This document shows positions 13,563 through 25,320 of a DNA stretch of 64,000 bases, one piece after another. The notes below the pieces were generated by a model, which saw only the letters and a program-made list of their open reading frames with translations, was not told the DNA's origin and did no database searches. Every line of letters starts with the position of its first letter. Within the stretch, counting starts at the first letter, position 1. The translations under genes were made by a program, and so were the position numbers. Origin of the DNA: Camelus dromedarius (Eukaryota); the NCBI RefSeq assembly GCF_036321535.1, contig NC_087447.1, forward strand, positions 37,698,001-37,762,000, written 5' to 3'.

Positions 13563-13930
13563 AAATACCATATGATATCACTCATATGTGGAATCTTAAA
13601 AAAAAAGGACACAAATGAACTTATTTAAAAAGCAGAGGCAGACTCACAGACACAGAAAACAAACTTATGGTTACCGGGGGAAAGGAGGTGGGGAGGGATA
13701 AATCTGGAGTTCAGGATTTGCAGATACTACCTATGGTATATGAACTAGATAAACAACAAGGTCCTCCTGTACAGCACAGGGAACTATAGTAAATACCCTG
13801 TAATGACCTATAATGAAAAAGAATATGAAGAGGAACATATGTATCTGAATCACTATGCTGTACACCAGAAATAGACACAACATGGTAAATCGACTATACT
13901 TCGATAAAAAATAAAGAATTAAAAAATTAA
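13563..13930 (+). mobile_element. 5'-truncated L1 3'UTR, same family as 8923-9650
   Basis: aaataccatatgatatcactcatatgtggaatc...gtacagcacagggaacta...A-rich tail; degenerate TSD aaaaagcttaaa / aaaaggcttaga. Confidence 0.9.
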
Positions 13931-15858
13931 AAGGCTTAGAGATCAGCCAAGAAATATCAGTACAGCAAGCTCAGCCCGTAGGAGGACTTAGAGGACACCA
14001 CAGGGCATGTGGGCGGGAAGAGGGGTTGTCAGGAAGCTAGCAGAGGAATGGAGGACAGACACTGCCTCCCCAGCCAGGTGAGGGGGGCCAATGGGAGCTC
14101 AGTTCTAAGAGAGGAGCAGCTGATCCAGCAGCTCCCAGGTTCAGCATCAATGATGCAGGTGGGCAGACCCGGGGGTGGAACAGGGTTTAGCCAGGAAAGT
14201 AGAAGTACCAGATCAGGAATTCCACCCTGAACAAGATCAGGACGAGGAAAAACAGAATGGGCCCAGTGCCCTGGGAAATCAGATACACAGTCCACAAAGC
14301 CCAAGTAGGTTCCTGACAGTCCACAGAGTTTTCCCAGGATTCTGTGACCTAGAGCATCAAAAAGACACCCTACCCTGTGCCCCCGGTAGAGAGAGCCAAG
14401 GACTACTTCCAGACCCAGCTGGCTTCTGTTTACAACCCAACGGAACGCTTCCATTTCAGCCCACTAAATGAATCTGGGACTGCTAGGCAAGAGGGTGCAA
14501 AAATGGCATAAGAAGCATCAGCAGGCACCTGTGCTCCTGCTCGGAAAATCCTCCAGGCTCCCCTCCTCCCCGCCATTAACTTCTATACCCTCTCTCATCA
14601 CTCCTTTGGTTTCTTCACCCATTTCAGCCCCATGTTCCACTGGGTCCCTATGGGACTTGGTGGTTCAGTTTGGGACACTGGTCCCAGCTTGAACCACCAC
14701 CTGCCGCTACAAGTGACTGTCAGCATTTGCTCATCAGTTTTAAGTGCCAGCCCCAGCACCCCAGCCCTGGCCCATCCTTCCCCTTGTCCCAGACTCTCGA
14801 GGCAGGGAGAGTGGACTTCACAGCCCCTTCTGGGTTGGGAGGGTGAGGCTGCGTGGGGCCAGCTGCAATGACTGGCAGGCAAACTGGCTCAGAAAGGCCC
14901 ATGCCATGTACAGAATGAGCCAGACACACAAAGAAAGAGAGAACGGAGAAGTCTGGGCTAGGTAGAAAGGCCGAGTTTGGAGAGAAGCCGATATGGGAAG
15001 GGATTTGTTATTTGTGGAAAGCTTCTCTTCGGCAGTGGGAAAAGAATGGCAAATATGTGACACAGTATTTCTGTGACTATAAATAACATGTAAATACCTT
15101 TCATAATGAAAACCGTATGGAATCAGCTTTTCTGGGAGGCTTTGAAAATAGGAAAAGGCAAGAAGAGAGGGAAATAAAAGAGGGAAATGTATTTAACCCA
15201 CACTCTGTGCTAAGCACTTTTCATATGTTGTTTGCTTAGTCCTCTCCCTTTTCTTCGGGGGAAGGTTTTCACTTTACAGATGAGGAGAAATGGGGCCACA
15301 AGGTCAGAGAACTTGACCAAGGTCCCAGGATGAACCACAATTTGAAAGTAGGTCTGTCAGGCTCCAAAGACCTCACTCTTTCTGGAATCATGCACCAGCC
15401 TGCCTAGAGGCACGGGCTAGACTAGGTGACCTTTCTAGATTCTTCTCTATTGTCAAGAGTTCCAGAATTGACTTGTTCCCTGTAGGTACCTCAAGTCCTT
15501 CAGGACAAAAAGGATCCATTGTGTGCACTGTGAACAATAACTCAACAGAGAAGATTTAAGGTGGTGGGAGCAATACTGAAAGGGCAATTGGGAGACACCG
15601 GGCTCTCCCACTGCCCTGCTGTGTGCCCTTTGGTCAGTCTCTGCCCTCTCTGAGCTCTAGTTTTCATATCTGGAAGATGCACAATTGGGGCTAGAAGCTC
15701 TCAGGAAGCCTCCGCTTAGCTCTGATAGTCCTGTCTCTCAGGTGCTGGAGTTCACTTTGGTGGTCCAAGGATGATGTCCCCCAAGAAAGGCCACTCCAGA
15801 GCTTCCCCCAGCCTGGCCCTGCCCCTCTGCCCACCTCCCCAGCTCAGCCTGCACTGAC

Positions 15859-15982
15859 CTGCACCTCCCGGGTCAGGGCCAGCTCCAGCAGCTGGCCGAA
15901 GTGCTGGCCCAGCGTGCTCAGGGTCTCGCTCACACAGGCCTTCATCGACTTCAGGACGTGCTCGTTCTCAACCTGGAGGCAC
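15859..15982 (-). CDS. INSC: INSC coding exon (124 bp), (R)CLQVENEHVLKSMKACVSETLSTLGQHFGQLLELALTREVQ
   Basis: gtttccccag|GTGCCTCCAG...GAGGTGCAG|gtcagt; phase 2 to 0; matches recalled INSC sequence. Absent from the ORF track. Confidence 0.96.
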
Positions 15983-17099
15983 CTGGGGAAACAAACAGCA
16001 GGGTGGGCCCCCGGAAGGGCCAGGCAGTCAGCCCAGAGTCATTTCAGGGGCCAGATCTGGGCCTGCTGCAGGCCTGGTGGTGGTGCAAGTGGCCTGGGAA
16101 GAAGACATCAGCTCCTGGGGAGTCAGAGATGGAATATTCCAAGGCTGGCTCATCCCCCCGGCCTCCTAGAGAAGTGCGGGCCTGACATGGCAGCCAACAG
16201 TCCACAGCACCAGAAAGGCCATCACAAAGTAGCCAAATCCATCCCTCTGGGCTTCTCGCCGGGAGAATCTACCATCGTCACAGCCAGGGTCTAGGGACGG
16301 GTGATGGGGGCTGCAGAGGGGCTGCCGGTGTGTCAGGTACGCTGTGCTCACTGTGAAGGTGGACAGACAGCAGTGCCTCTGAGCCTTTCAGAAACGGCCA
16401 CCTGCAGCGTGCAGACAAGAGGCTTGAGGGTTTTCTCCCTACACACGAAGAGCGAGGGCTCAGGGTCCAGTCGATCCCTGTGGCTTGAGAATGCTCCATA
16501 CTGGAAAGCCAAAGACCTCATGTGAGACCTCGGGATACCAAGTTCCAGGTTTTTCTCCCAGGGCCTGGGAGCTGGAAAGGGTGATGGCGAGTGAGCACAC
16601 ACCCGGGTGTGTGCACGTGTCTGAGTGTAAGCGTAGGTATGTTTATGTGTGAGATACGGACAAGAGGGTGTGAGGGTATTTCTGTGACTGCGTGGGTGTG
16701 TGTTTATGTATCTGTCTGTGGGTATGTGTGTGTCTGTGAAATCCTTGTAACAGTGTCTGTGAGTAGAAGGGTGGCCGTCTGCTTTTACCTGGCCTTGACT
16801 TTGGGAACTGGGGGCTTCTCAAAGCTGTGGGAAACCTTTCCTTGTTACCAGCCCTTAAGAATCCTCTTTCTTCCTATGCTGGGGCCACTCCTCTGCCTTT
16901 TACATTCTCCCAGGCCTGAAAATGGAGCAGAAAATCCCAAGGGAGTCTTTTAAGGCTGCTGATAAAAGTTAGCAAAAGGAAACTCCCAGACCACCACCAG
17001 GCCTGCCCGCTCACACTGTCCCCAAGGGAGCAGACACCAGCCCCTTCCCCTGCCTGAGCTGGCAGACCCTGTCCAGAGGCACCCAGAGGCCAGATTTAC

Positions 17100-17152
17100 C
17101 TCTCTGTGACCGCTGACAGCTCTGAGCACTTCTCCATCAGCAGCTTCTCAAT
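17100..17152 (-). CDS. INSC: INSC coding exon (53 bp), IEKLLMEKCSELSAVTE(R)
   Basis: tttttctgcag|ATTGAGAAGCTGCTGATGGAGAAGTGCTCAGAGCTGTCAGCGGTCACAGAGAG|gtaaat; phase 0 to 2, continues the INSC peptide. Absent from the ORF track. Confidence 0.96.
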
Positions 17153-17574
17153 CTGCAGAAAAATAGATCAATTTTATTCAATTTAATAAGCATTGGTCGA
17201 GGACCAACTGCTGCGCCAGGCCCTCTGGGACGTACAGATGAAGAATCAAATCATCCGATTTGGAAAACAGGCATATAGTTTGCAAACTGTAACACAGTTT
17301 GGTGGATGTGGCAAAAGAGATCACCATCAGCTGCTTTGGGAGCTCAAAAAAAAAAATAAAACTGAACAGTTAGTTATGCTGGGGGATCTGGAAAGCTTCA
17401 GAGAGGAAGGGGCATTTGAGCTGGGTTTCAAAGAATGAATAGAAGTTTACTGTCTGTGAAGTAGAACAAGGAGAAAGGTAAAGAAAGCACTAAGGTGCAA
17501 AAATGATGCCAGAGGAAAGATGAACAATGACAAAGGGGATTTTTCAGTGGTTCACTTTGGACTTGGAGAAGATT

Positions 17575-18040
17575 CAAAATCATGGGCTTTGGATTCACAG
17601 AACCTTAGGTTGAATCCCGCTGATACCACTCACTGTATAACTTTGGGCAAGTTACTTAGGCTCTCTGAGTTTCTGTTTCTTCATTTGAAGTGAGGACAAT
17701 AATATTAACTAACATTTTTAATCAACTTAATCAACTGTTTTTAATGTTTTATATGTAATGACTCACTTAGTCCTCACAACAGATCTATGAAATAAACACT
17801 GTTATTATACTCATTAGGATGATGGGATTGGGGCACAGAGAAGTTAAGTAATTTGCCAAAGTGACACAGCAGACAGAGCTGACATATGACCCCAGACAGT
17901 GTGGCATTAAAGTGGGTGCCTTTAACCATTGCCCGGTGTCTTTAGGTGGTTATGATGGCCTCACAGGTTGTGAGAGTTAAATGAGATACGTATAAAAACA
18001 TTTCCCAGCACAGAGCAGCTACTCAATAACGGCCCTTACT
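17575..18040. mobile_element. MIR fragments in both orientations in the short INSC intron
   Basis: ctttgggcaagttacttaggctctctgagtttctgtttcttcat (+) and gcacagagaagttaagtaatttgccaaagtgacacagc (-). Confidence 0.7.
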
Positions 18041-18175
18041 GTCCTCCCTGCTTTACTGGAAGGGGAGGGAAGTCCCTGGGGCAGGAAGAGTCCAGAATCC
18101 GCACGATTCAGACCCACTCTTCCAAAAGGCAACCCCATTCCGAGTGCCCACCCATGCCCGTGCCAGGCAACTGAC

Positions 18176-18521
18176 CTGGCCCATCTCCTGCGAGGAGCTC
18201 CTGCTGACCGCGCTGTACTCACTGACCATGGAGCGGGCGTGGCAGGTCAGGCGCACGCTCATGCTGTGGACGCGCGCCCAGCGGTCCTGGGCCAGCTTCT
18301 GCCCAATCCTGCGCAGCTCGGTGCTGATGACCCAGCCCCGCTTGAGCAGCAGCTGCAGGGGGTCTCCGGGGCCAGGGCCGCCTGCCAGGATAAGGTCACC
18401 CTGTGCATCGTCCTCCGGGCTAATGGGCTTGGCCTGCAGGACACACATGCACTCACACTCCGTCATGAGCTTCAGGTCCTCCATCCAGCGCTGGACTGAG
18501 TCCACCTGCATCAGGTGCAGC
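18176..18521 (-). CDS. INSC: INSC coding exon (346 bp) containing the LGN/GPSM2-binding peptide
   Basis: Acceptor tggctgcag|G, donor CAG|gtcagt. Encodes (R)LHLMQVDSVQRWMEDLKLMTECECMCVLQAKPIS...LLKRGWVISTELRRIGQKLAQDRWARVHSMSVRLTCHARSMVSEYSAVSRSSSQEMGQ, clearly mammalian inscuteable; overlaps ORF 18053..18511. Confidence 0.98.
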
Positions 18522-18739
18522 CTGCAGCCAGAGAACAGCGCCAGGAAGGCTATTCACACTCCACGGTCTCCAAGCGTTTCAGTTCCAACCCACCTGTTTA
18601 TGAAACACCTACTGTATGCTCATCACTGTTTCTTGCATTCACTCACCTTAATCCTCTTCTCATTATGTCCATCTTACAGATAATAAGATGTTTTGAAGGC
18701 AAATGACTAGACAAATTAGGCAATGAAGTATAACAGAGT

Positions 18740-19120
18740 AGCAGATAATCTTTACAGTAAGAGGAGAATAGAAATAGCCTAAACATCAAATATTAGTTAT
18801 GTCAAGTGAACTATGGTACAGCTACTGATTATATAATACACGCTTATTTAAAATAATGCTTTCCAAAACTTTATAGCAAAGAAAAATGTGTACACGAATA
18901 AAGTAAACACACAGTATGCAAAGCAGTATGCAAAAATGTAAACACAATTATTATAACTATGTTGAAAAGCTGTATCTAGAAAAATATTTAAAAGAAACAT
19001 TAAAATGCTAGTGGTTCTTTATGAGTGGTGAAACTAAAAAAATCTTTCATCTTTTTTCAACTTTTCTCTAATCCCCAAATTTCCTATCATAATTGTGTAG
19101 ATTACTTTCATAATGGAACA
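18740..19120 (+). mobile_element. Ancient L1ME-type 3' fragment
   Basis: aaatagcctaaacatcaaata...aactatggtaca... followed by AT-rich 3'UTR-like sequence. Confidence 0.5.
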
Positions 19121-19554
19121 AAATTAACTCTGTTTAGTACAACAGCATGAGAATATAGATTAGGTCCTAAGATCTTTAACAAATAAAATTCACTCTAAAA
19201 TTCACTTAGTCAAATAAAATTTGGTAATATCAGATTATTAATGAAGCTTTGAACACTGGTTGAATGAATTATATTTAATATCATATAAGTGCCAGACTCT
19301 GTGGGACGAGTGGACATAAACATGCCAAGCCTCCCCACTTGTGGCACTTTTGATGCCTACAGAATCAAGACACAGTAATGAGAAATTCAAAAACAATAGA
19401 TTTCAACCTCATTTGAAGGTTATGAAAGAAGACACACACTGTTAATCTTCAAGGCTGGACTCAAGTCCCTTTGCTTTTGCAACAGTCTTCCAACTAGTCT
19501 TTCTGTCGCTAATCGTACCTGCCTCCAGCCATTCACCAAATGCCACTAGTTAGT

Positions 19555-20150
19555 CACTCATTCTACGAATAAGTAGTTGGTGCCTACCACGTGCCAAGTA
19601 CTGTTCTAAGCCCTGAGCTGTAACAGTAAACCATAGGTAAAAATCCTTTCCCTTGCAAAGGTTACATTCAAGTGAGAGGACAAAGTAATTTCCAAAATAA
19701 ATAAGCAATGCCTATAATAAGCAATACATTGGAGGTGGTAAGTGCTGTGAAGGAAAAGAGAACAGGAAAGAATAGAGAGTGAGGGGTGGGAGGGAGTAGG
19801 CATAGCAATGGAAAATAGGTGAATCAGGGAAGGCTTGCTGAGAAAGGGACATTTAAGCCAAGATTTGAAGGACACAAGGGAGCGAGTCATGTGGGTATCT
19901 GACGACCAACTGTTTCAGGGAGAGAGAACAGCAAGTGCAAAGGTCCTGGGGCACATGTGTCCTTGAGATGTGTGAGAAATAGCAAGAAGGCTAGAGTTAA
20001 CCTGGCCGAGGGAGAGAGAGAAAGAGAGAGAGAGAGTGAGAGTGAGAGAGAGAGAGAGATGGAGGACATGAGGTAAGAGCAGTGGAGGGTGGGGGTAGGA
20101 GGATCCTTTAGAGCTGTATGTGGGACAAAGAGAAGACCTGGTTTTTATTC
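19555..20150 (-). mobile_element. L2 LINE 3' fragment with internal (GA)n
   Basis: gtgcctaccacgtgccaagtactgttctaag...gaacagcaagtgcaaaggtcctgggg are typical antisense L2 motifs. Confidence 0.75.
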
Positions 20151-21985
20151 TCTATGCTTAAAATCACATCTTCATATTTACTGCTATTTAATGAGAAAGA
20201 GTAGGCCTTTCTAAACTATGCAGCTGTTTGACTCTAAGGCTTTTAAATGCAATTTTTAACCACAAGGTTTATAATGTTTAACTATGGAGATTGTACATGT
20301 GGTTTCTTATAGTAAATTGCTTTTTAAATTGTAAAAAACTCACCAATGACTTTTCTTTCTCCCTGTCCCTTTGTGAAAATAGCTATTATATTTTGTAAAG
20401 AATTTGTATACATAGATAGATAAAGAGACAAAGTCACCTGAAATCACAGTGCCCTGCTGCCCATTCTGTCTTTGTGAGCTCACACTTAACTTTCCAGAAG
20501 TGGGACTGTATGACATGCACTCTTTGACTGCAGACAATTTCTATTCTTCTGCACCTTATTATCACTCCCACAATCCTTACCTCCACCAGCCCTGGCCAAC
20601 TCAAGGTAACCTAGTGTCATTCCATATTTTTCTCCACACTCATACATTCCTGTATGGACTCATATCTAAGTACATGTACATTTGTTAGGTTTTCTGACCC
20701 TAACTTATTTCACAGAGGGGACCATAATGTACACACATTTTGTTGCATTTTGATTTCCTTACTCAACATGAAAACCCCTCCGAGTTATCTGGTAGGGCTC
20801 TAAAACATGCTTTCCAATGCCTGAAAACAGTTCCATGCTGTGGGTAAACCACAGTTTATTAACCTGTTTCCCCATTGTTGGCCACTTACTTTGTTTCCAG
20901 TTCTTGGCCACTATAATGCCCTCATACATATGCCCTTACATATCAGTATCTTCATTCTATGTCACAGATCCCCAGGAGTAGAACTGAAATTCAATATATG
21001 CTCCCATATTAGCTCCCCAAAGCAGCAATGTGTCCCATTCCCCCAACAATGTAGGAGAACTTTCTATACATACATACAGTTACTACCCTATATAGGGTCG
21101 ACCCATATAGTCACACTACTGTGTGAGTAATCGGTGGCTCCTGGCTGACATCCCCCTGCCCCATAAGTTAAAATTCCTGAGGCTCAGATGGGGAGCTTCC
21201 AAGATCTGGCCCCAGCCTCCCTCCCCACCCATCTCCCTTTTCCATCTTTCCCCAGTTCTTAGCACCCTTGCCATAAGCACAGTCCACTCCAGGCACACTC
21301 AACTTTCCTATTTCTCAAACATAGTGCTCTTTTACCACCCCTTGTGGCCTTGCATAGACAGTTCCTCTCTCAGATGGGAATCCCATTTCCTTCTTCTCTA
21401 CCTGGCAAGCTCCTATTTGCCCTGCAATACCCGGCTCTAATGTTACTGTCTCTGAAAAGCCTCCGTCAGTGTTCATCAGCTGTTCCCCAGAGCCCCCGAC
21501 CTCTCCGTGCATCCTTCATGGAAGCACTAATAACATTCTATTGCAACTTGTGTGTTTATCTGAACTCTCCCAGTCCTGTGAGGGACAGTCCTTAGTATCT
21601 GGTTTATTATCCATGCCCGACATATGCCTAAGAAGGAGCAGCAGACATTTACTGCTATCCCTCTGCAGAAGCCTCCATATGCCTTCACCACTCAGGCTTC
21701 CCTGGGAGTGCTCCAAGACCGACATGATTGGAAAGGGGATATGGAGGGTGGAAAAATACTTGACCTTCATGTTCTAGAGATACAGAACTGGGAGACAAAC
21801 TGACCTGGACTTTTAAGGGGCAACAACAGAATCAGTTACTCACTCACTGACTCACTTGCTCCATAAACACTTCCCAGTTGATGTCTATTGTTTTCATCTT
21901 CCCAGCATCCTTCCTCCTTCTTCCATCAATTGCAAAGACAAGTTACATTAGCTGCCTCTTGGTGGGCAATCTAGGCTTCAGTGTT

Positions 21986-22034
21986 TCCCTCCTCTTTGGG
22001 GAAGGTCCCTCCTCTTTGGGGAAGGTCCCTCCTC
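21986..22034. repeat. Perfect 20-bp tandem duplication (about 2.4 copies), probably within a MaLR LTR fragment
   Basis: tccctcctctttggggaagg twice plus tccctcctc. Confidence 0.9.
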
Positions 22035-23329
22035 CCAAACATAGAGTGGTCCTGCAGGGGCCATGTCTGCGCTGTGTGAAGACGCCCCTGACCATAGCTG
22101 GTGGGTAATTCATGGGTGGGCTCCTGAACCAATGCACTAAATCTAATTCCCCCTCCCCAAACTCTGAAACTTAGAACCAAGAGTTACACAGACTGGAGCT
22201 ACTGGACGTGGGTCACTTTTGTGATGGCAACTTCAGTTGTCCCACAAGGAACTCCAGGATCGTTTGGTAACTGGGGAATAAGGCCAAGAGTTCTTTTCTA
22301 TTGCTTGCAAGCAAAAAGGAGTTTTCTAAAACACAAGTACACAGATAACTAAGCAGAGTTGACTCACTGCGATCCTTTAGAGAAAAGGTTTTCTGGGAAT
22401 TCAAAGAAGGGAGCCGTTCCTCCCAGTTAGAGATCAGGGGACTGTGCTTGGAGAAGGTGGCTTTAGAGCTGGGCAGGGTATGGACACGTTAAAACAGTGG
22501 GAGCATCTTCCAGGATGGGACAGACAATGGGACAATGGGCAGGTCAGCTGGACTAGAGTTACACATTCTGGAAAAGAGACAGCAGTGGGGTGGGGGGAGC
22601 TGGAAAGCAGGGAAAGTCTTGATCTTGAGAAGCTCTGAAGCTATCGAAGGGCAGTGGTGCAACAGGGGTGGAGACCCATGGGGCTGAAAGATGGCTAAAT
22701 CACAGCAGCTGGGGCCAGCACCTGCGCAAAGGAAACCCATGGTGCTGGCAGGGGGGCTTCACAGCATGTCTCCCTGTGGAAGAGTTCTGGGGTCCTCAAA
22801 GGGGAGACACTCACACCGCCTTACCTCTGGTCTGGATGGGGAAGGGCCCTAGAAGAGCCAGGAAGGGAGAAAAAGGGAGTCAGAACCACCAAATGCCTTC
22901 ATCCCGGGAGGCCTGATTAGATTCCAAACTCACATTTTCATCACCCCTGCCACCCCCACCTCTCATGGAGGCATTATTACTCAGCTTCTGCTCTTTAAGA
23001 ACTTTAAAAATTAGAGAGAAAGAGGGATTTCAAAAGCTGTGTTGATTAAAATCCCGGTTGATTTATCACTCTGCTGGTAAGAGAAACGGAATGACAAAGC
23101 TGTTGATTTCCCCAGTGTTTGTGTATTTGTGCTCATGCGTGTCTGTGTTTTTGCGGATATGAACTCACCCGGGTGTCTGTCTATATTATCTGTACGCCAG
23201 TGTCTGGGCGTCTGGGTAAGAGTTTGTGTTTCTGTACCTGCGTAAATACTCAGATGAGTTTGTGTGTTTACTGGGCTTTTGTCAGATAAACACTATGATT
23301 AAAAACAGATGAAGTGGGTTGGGGCTGAG

Positions 23330-23954
23330 TGTGGGCTGCACTTAATGACTCAATTGCAAAGAACAGAGTGTAGAAAGTAGAGGGGAAAAAGTAACTTTGC
23401 AGTGGCGAAACCTGGCCAATACCATTCACCAAGAGATCCTTGGTTAAGTGAAACTGACTACTGATAAGCCACGTTAATAGCATGTATCCCTGATTCGATG
23501 TGATGAGGACACTTCACCTCTGTGGCATTCTTCCCGGAAACCCGTAACTCAATCTCATCATGGGAAAAGCATCGGGGACCCAAACTGAGGGACGCTGTAC
23601 AAAAGGCCTGAGCAGTACTCCTCACAGCTGTCAGGTAATCAAACACAGGGGAGACCGAGAAAGTGTCGTAAACCAAAGGAGACCAAGGGGACATGATGAC
23701 TAAATGTAATAGGGTGTTGTGGATGGGATCCTGAAACAAAAAAGGACATGCATGGAAAAATTAGTGAAATCCAAATAAAGTCTGGACTTGAGTTCACAGT
23801 CTGGTTCCTTAGTTGTGACAAACGTGCCAAGATGGCGTTAGATGTTAATCAGAGGAACTGGGTATGGGGCACATAGGAACACTCCATACTATCTTTGCAA
23901 TGCTCTATAAATCCAAAACTATTTTAAGAACTAAAAAAAAAAAAAAAAAAAAAA
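23330..23954 (+). mobile_element. L1MC/MD-type 3'UTR with poly(A) tail
   Basis: ggggaaaaagtaactttgcagtgg...gacatgatgactaaatgtaat...gatgggatcctgaaacaaaaaaggac...actatctttgcaa, then an A run at 23933-23954. Confidence 0.8.
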
Positions 23955-25074
23955 GCTTTCTTTAACAAATGAGGTTTGGAGAGGGAGGAGGAGTCCAGAT
24001 GACAGGCCTAAGGATTTCCTGCCCCATCCCTCCATAAAGAATTTCACTTCCCTCACTTCCTCCCCAACCAGAAACACAGGCTGAGACTGGCTGTCTCTCT
24101 GACTTGGCATCGCCCCAGAGCATCCACGCTCCAGGGGACGGGAAGGAGGAACCTGGCTAAGGATCCTAGATGGAAGCTTCTTCAGAGAACCTGGCAATGG
24201 AAGGACGGGGGTCCACAGCTGGGCCAGGGGATGGAAGTTGTCCTGCCAGAGGAAGGAACGTGGCAAGTGCAGCTGGCTTGGTCTCTAGTCTGCCCATCAC
24301 CTGCTGACTGGAGCCCAGCCATGGCTGAATCCTGGGCGAGCCTCTTGGGACCAGCGCCTTCTGTGGTCAGCTGCCTCAGGGAGGCCTCCGGCCGGCAGTC
24401 AGGCCTTCAGACTGGCTTAGGAAGATGCTGCTCCCTCCTTAATTGCCTGAACAGGCTTTGAAACACAGCTTCCTAGAGACAGAACAGCCTATTGTGTAAG
24501 GGCCTTGAGCGTAAGAGGCGTTTCCGCAGGCCCCGGCCGACAGGCTTGCCCGGCTGCACACAGGGGTAGAAAGAGCTGGCTCTGTTGCTCATTATCTCTG
24601 ACTGAAGGCCAGCTGCCACCATGGCTGCTTTTTTTTTTTCCTGATATTTTTGCTGAAATAACATATGTACATGAAAGTCAACAAATCATTATATCAAGCT
24701 GCAGTTCAATGAATTTTCATAAAATCAACACACCCTTGTATCCAGGAACCAGATAAAGAAATAGACTATTACCAGCTTCCCAGAGGTCTCCCTTGTGCCT
24801 CCTTCTGGTCACTCCCCAACCAGAGCAACCAGTATCCTGACTCACAACATACGTGAGTCTTTTGAGTAAGTTTCTTAACCATTCTGAGCTTCAATTTCTT
24901 CATCTGTAAAACAGAGGTAATAATAGAACCTTCTACATTAATTTGATGGAAGAATTAAATTTAATGGTGAATGGGAAAGGCCTAGGACATTGCACAGCAC
25001 AAAGGAGATGCTCAAAAATGTTTGTTCTCTTTGCCGCCTTTCCCAATGTGTAACACTTTAGCACCTGCAAGAAT

Positions 25075-25320
25075 TATAACAACGGCTATAATTTAGTGAG
25101 CACACTCCATGTGTTGAGCTCTGCACTAAGTACTTCACGTGCATTATTTGATTTTCTCCTCAGGACAAATGTCTGAGTTAGGTCTTATTATCATCCCCAT
25201 TTTACAGATGAGGAAACTGAGACTGAAAGAAGTAAAATCATCCAGGTAAACAGCAGTAGCGCCGAGACTGAGACCCTGGTCTCTCTGGTTCCAGAGTCCA
25301 CTCTTAAGTGCTATGCTTGA
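25075..25320 (-). mobile_element. MIR SINE
   Basis: attatcatccccattttacagatgaggaaactgagac core. Confidence 0.8.

Noticed and set aside
13950..14460. Possible ancient LTR (similar impression at about 210-620 and 6500-6928)
   Set aside because: Only a vague compositional resemblance; could not assign family or ends without a search.
18053..18175. C-terminal extension of ORF 18053..18511 (VSCLARAWVG...)
   Set aside because: Read-through past the GT donor at 18175-18174 into the intron; the true frame continues at exon 17152.
18144..18683. 179-aa plus-strand ORF and other ORFs overlapping INSC exons
   Set aside because: Antisense or off-frame shadows of a GC-rich coding exon; no recognisable protein.
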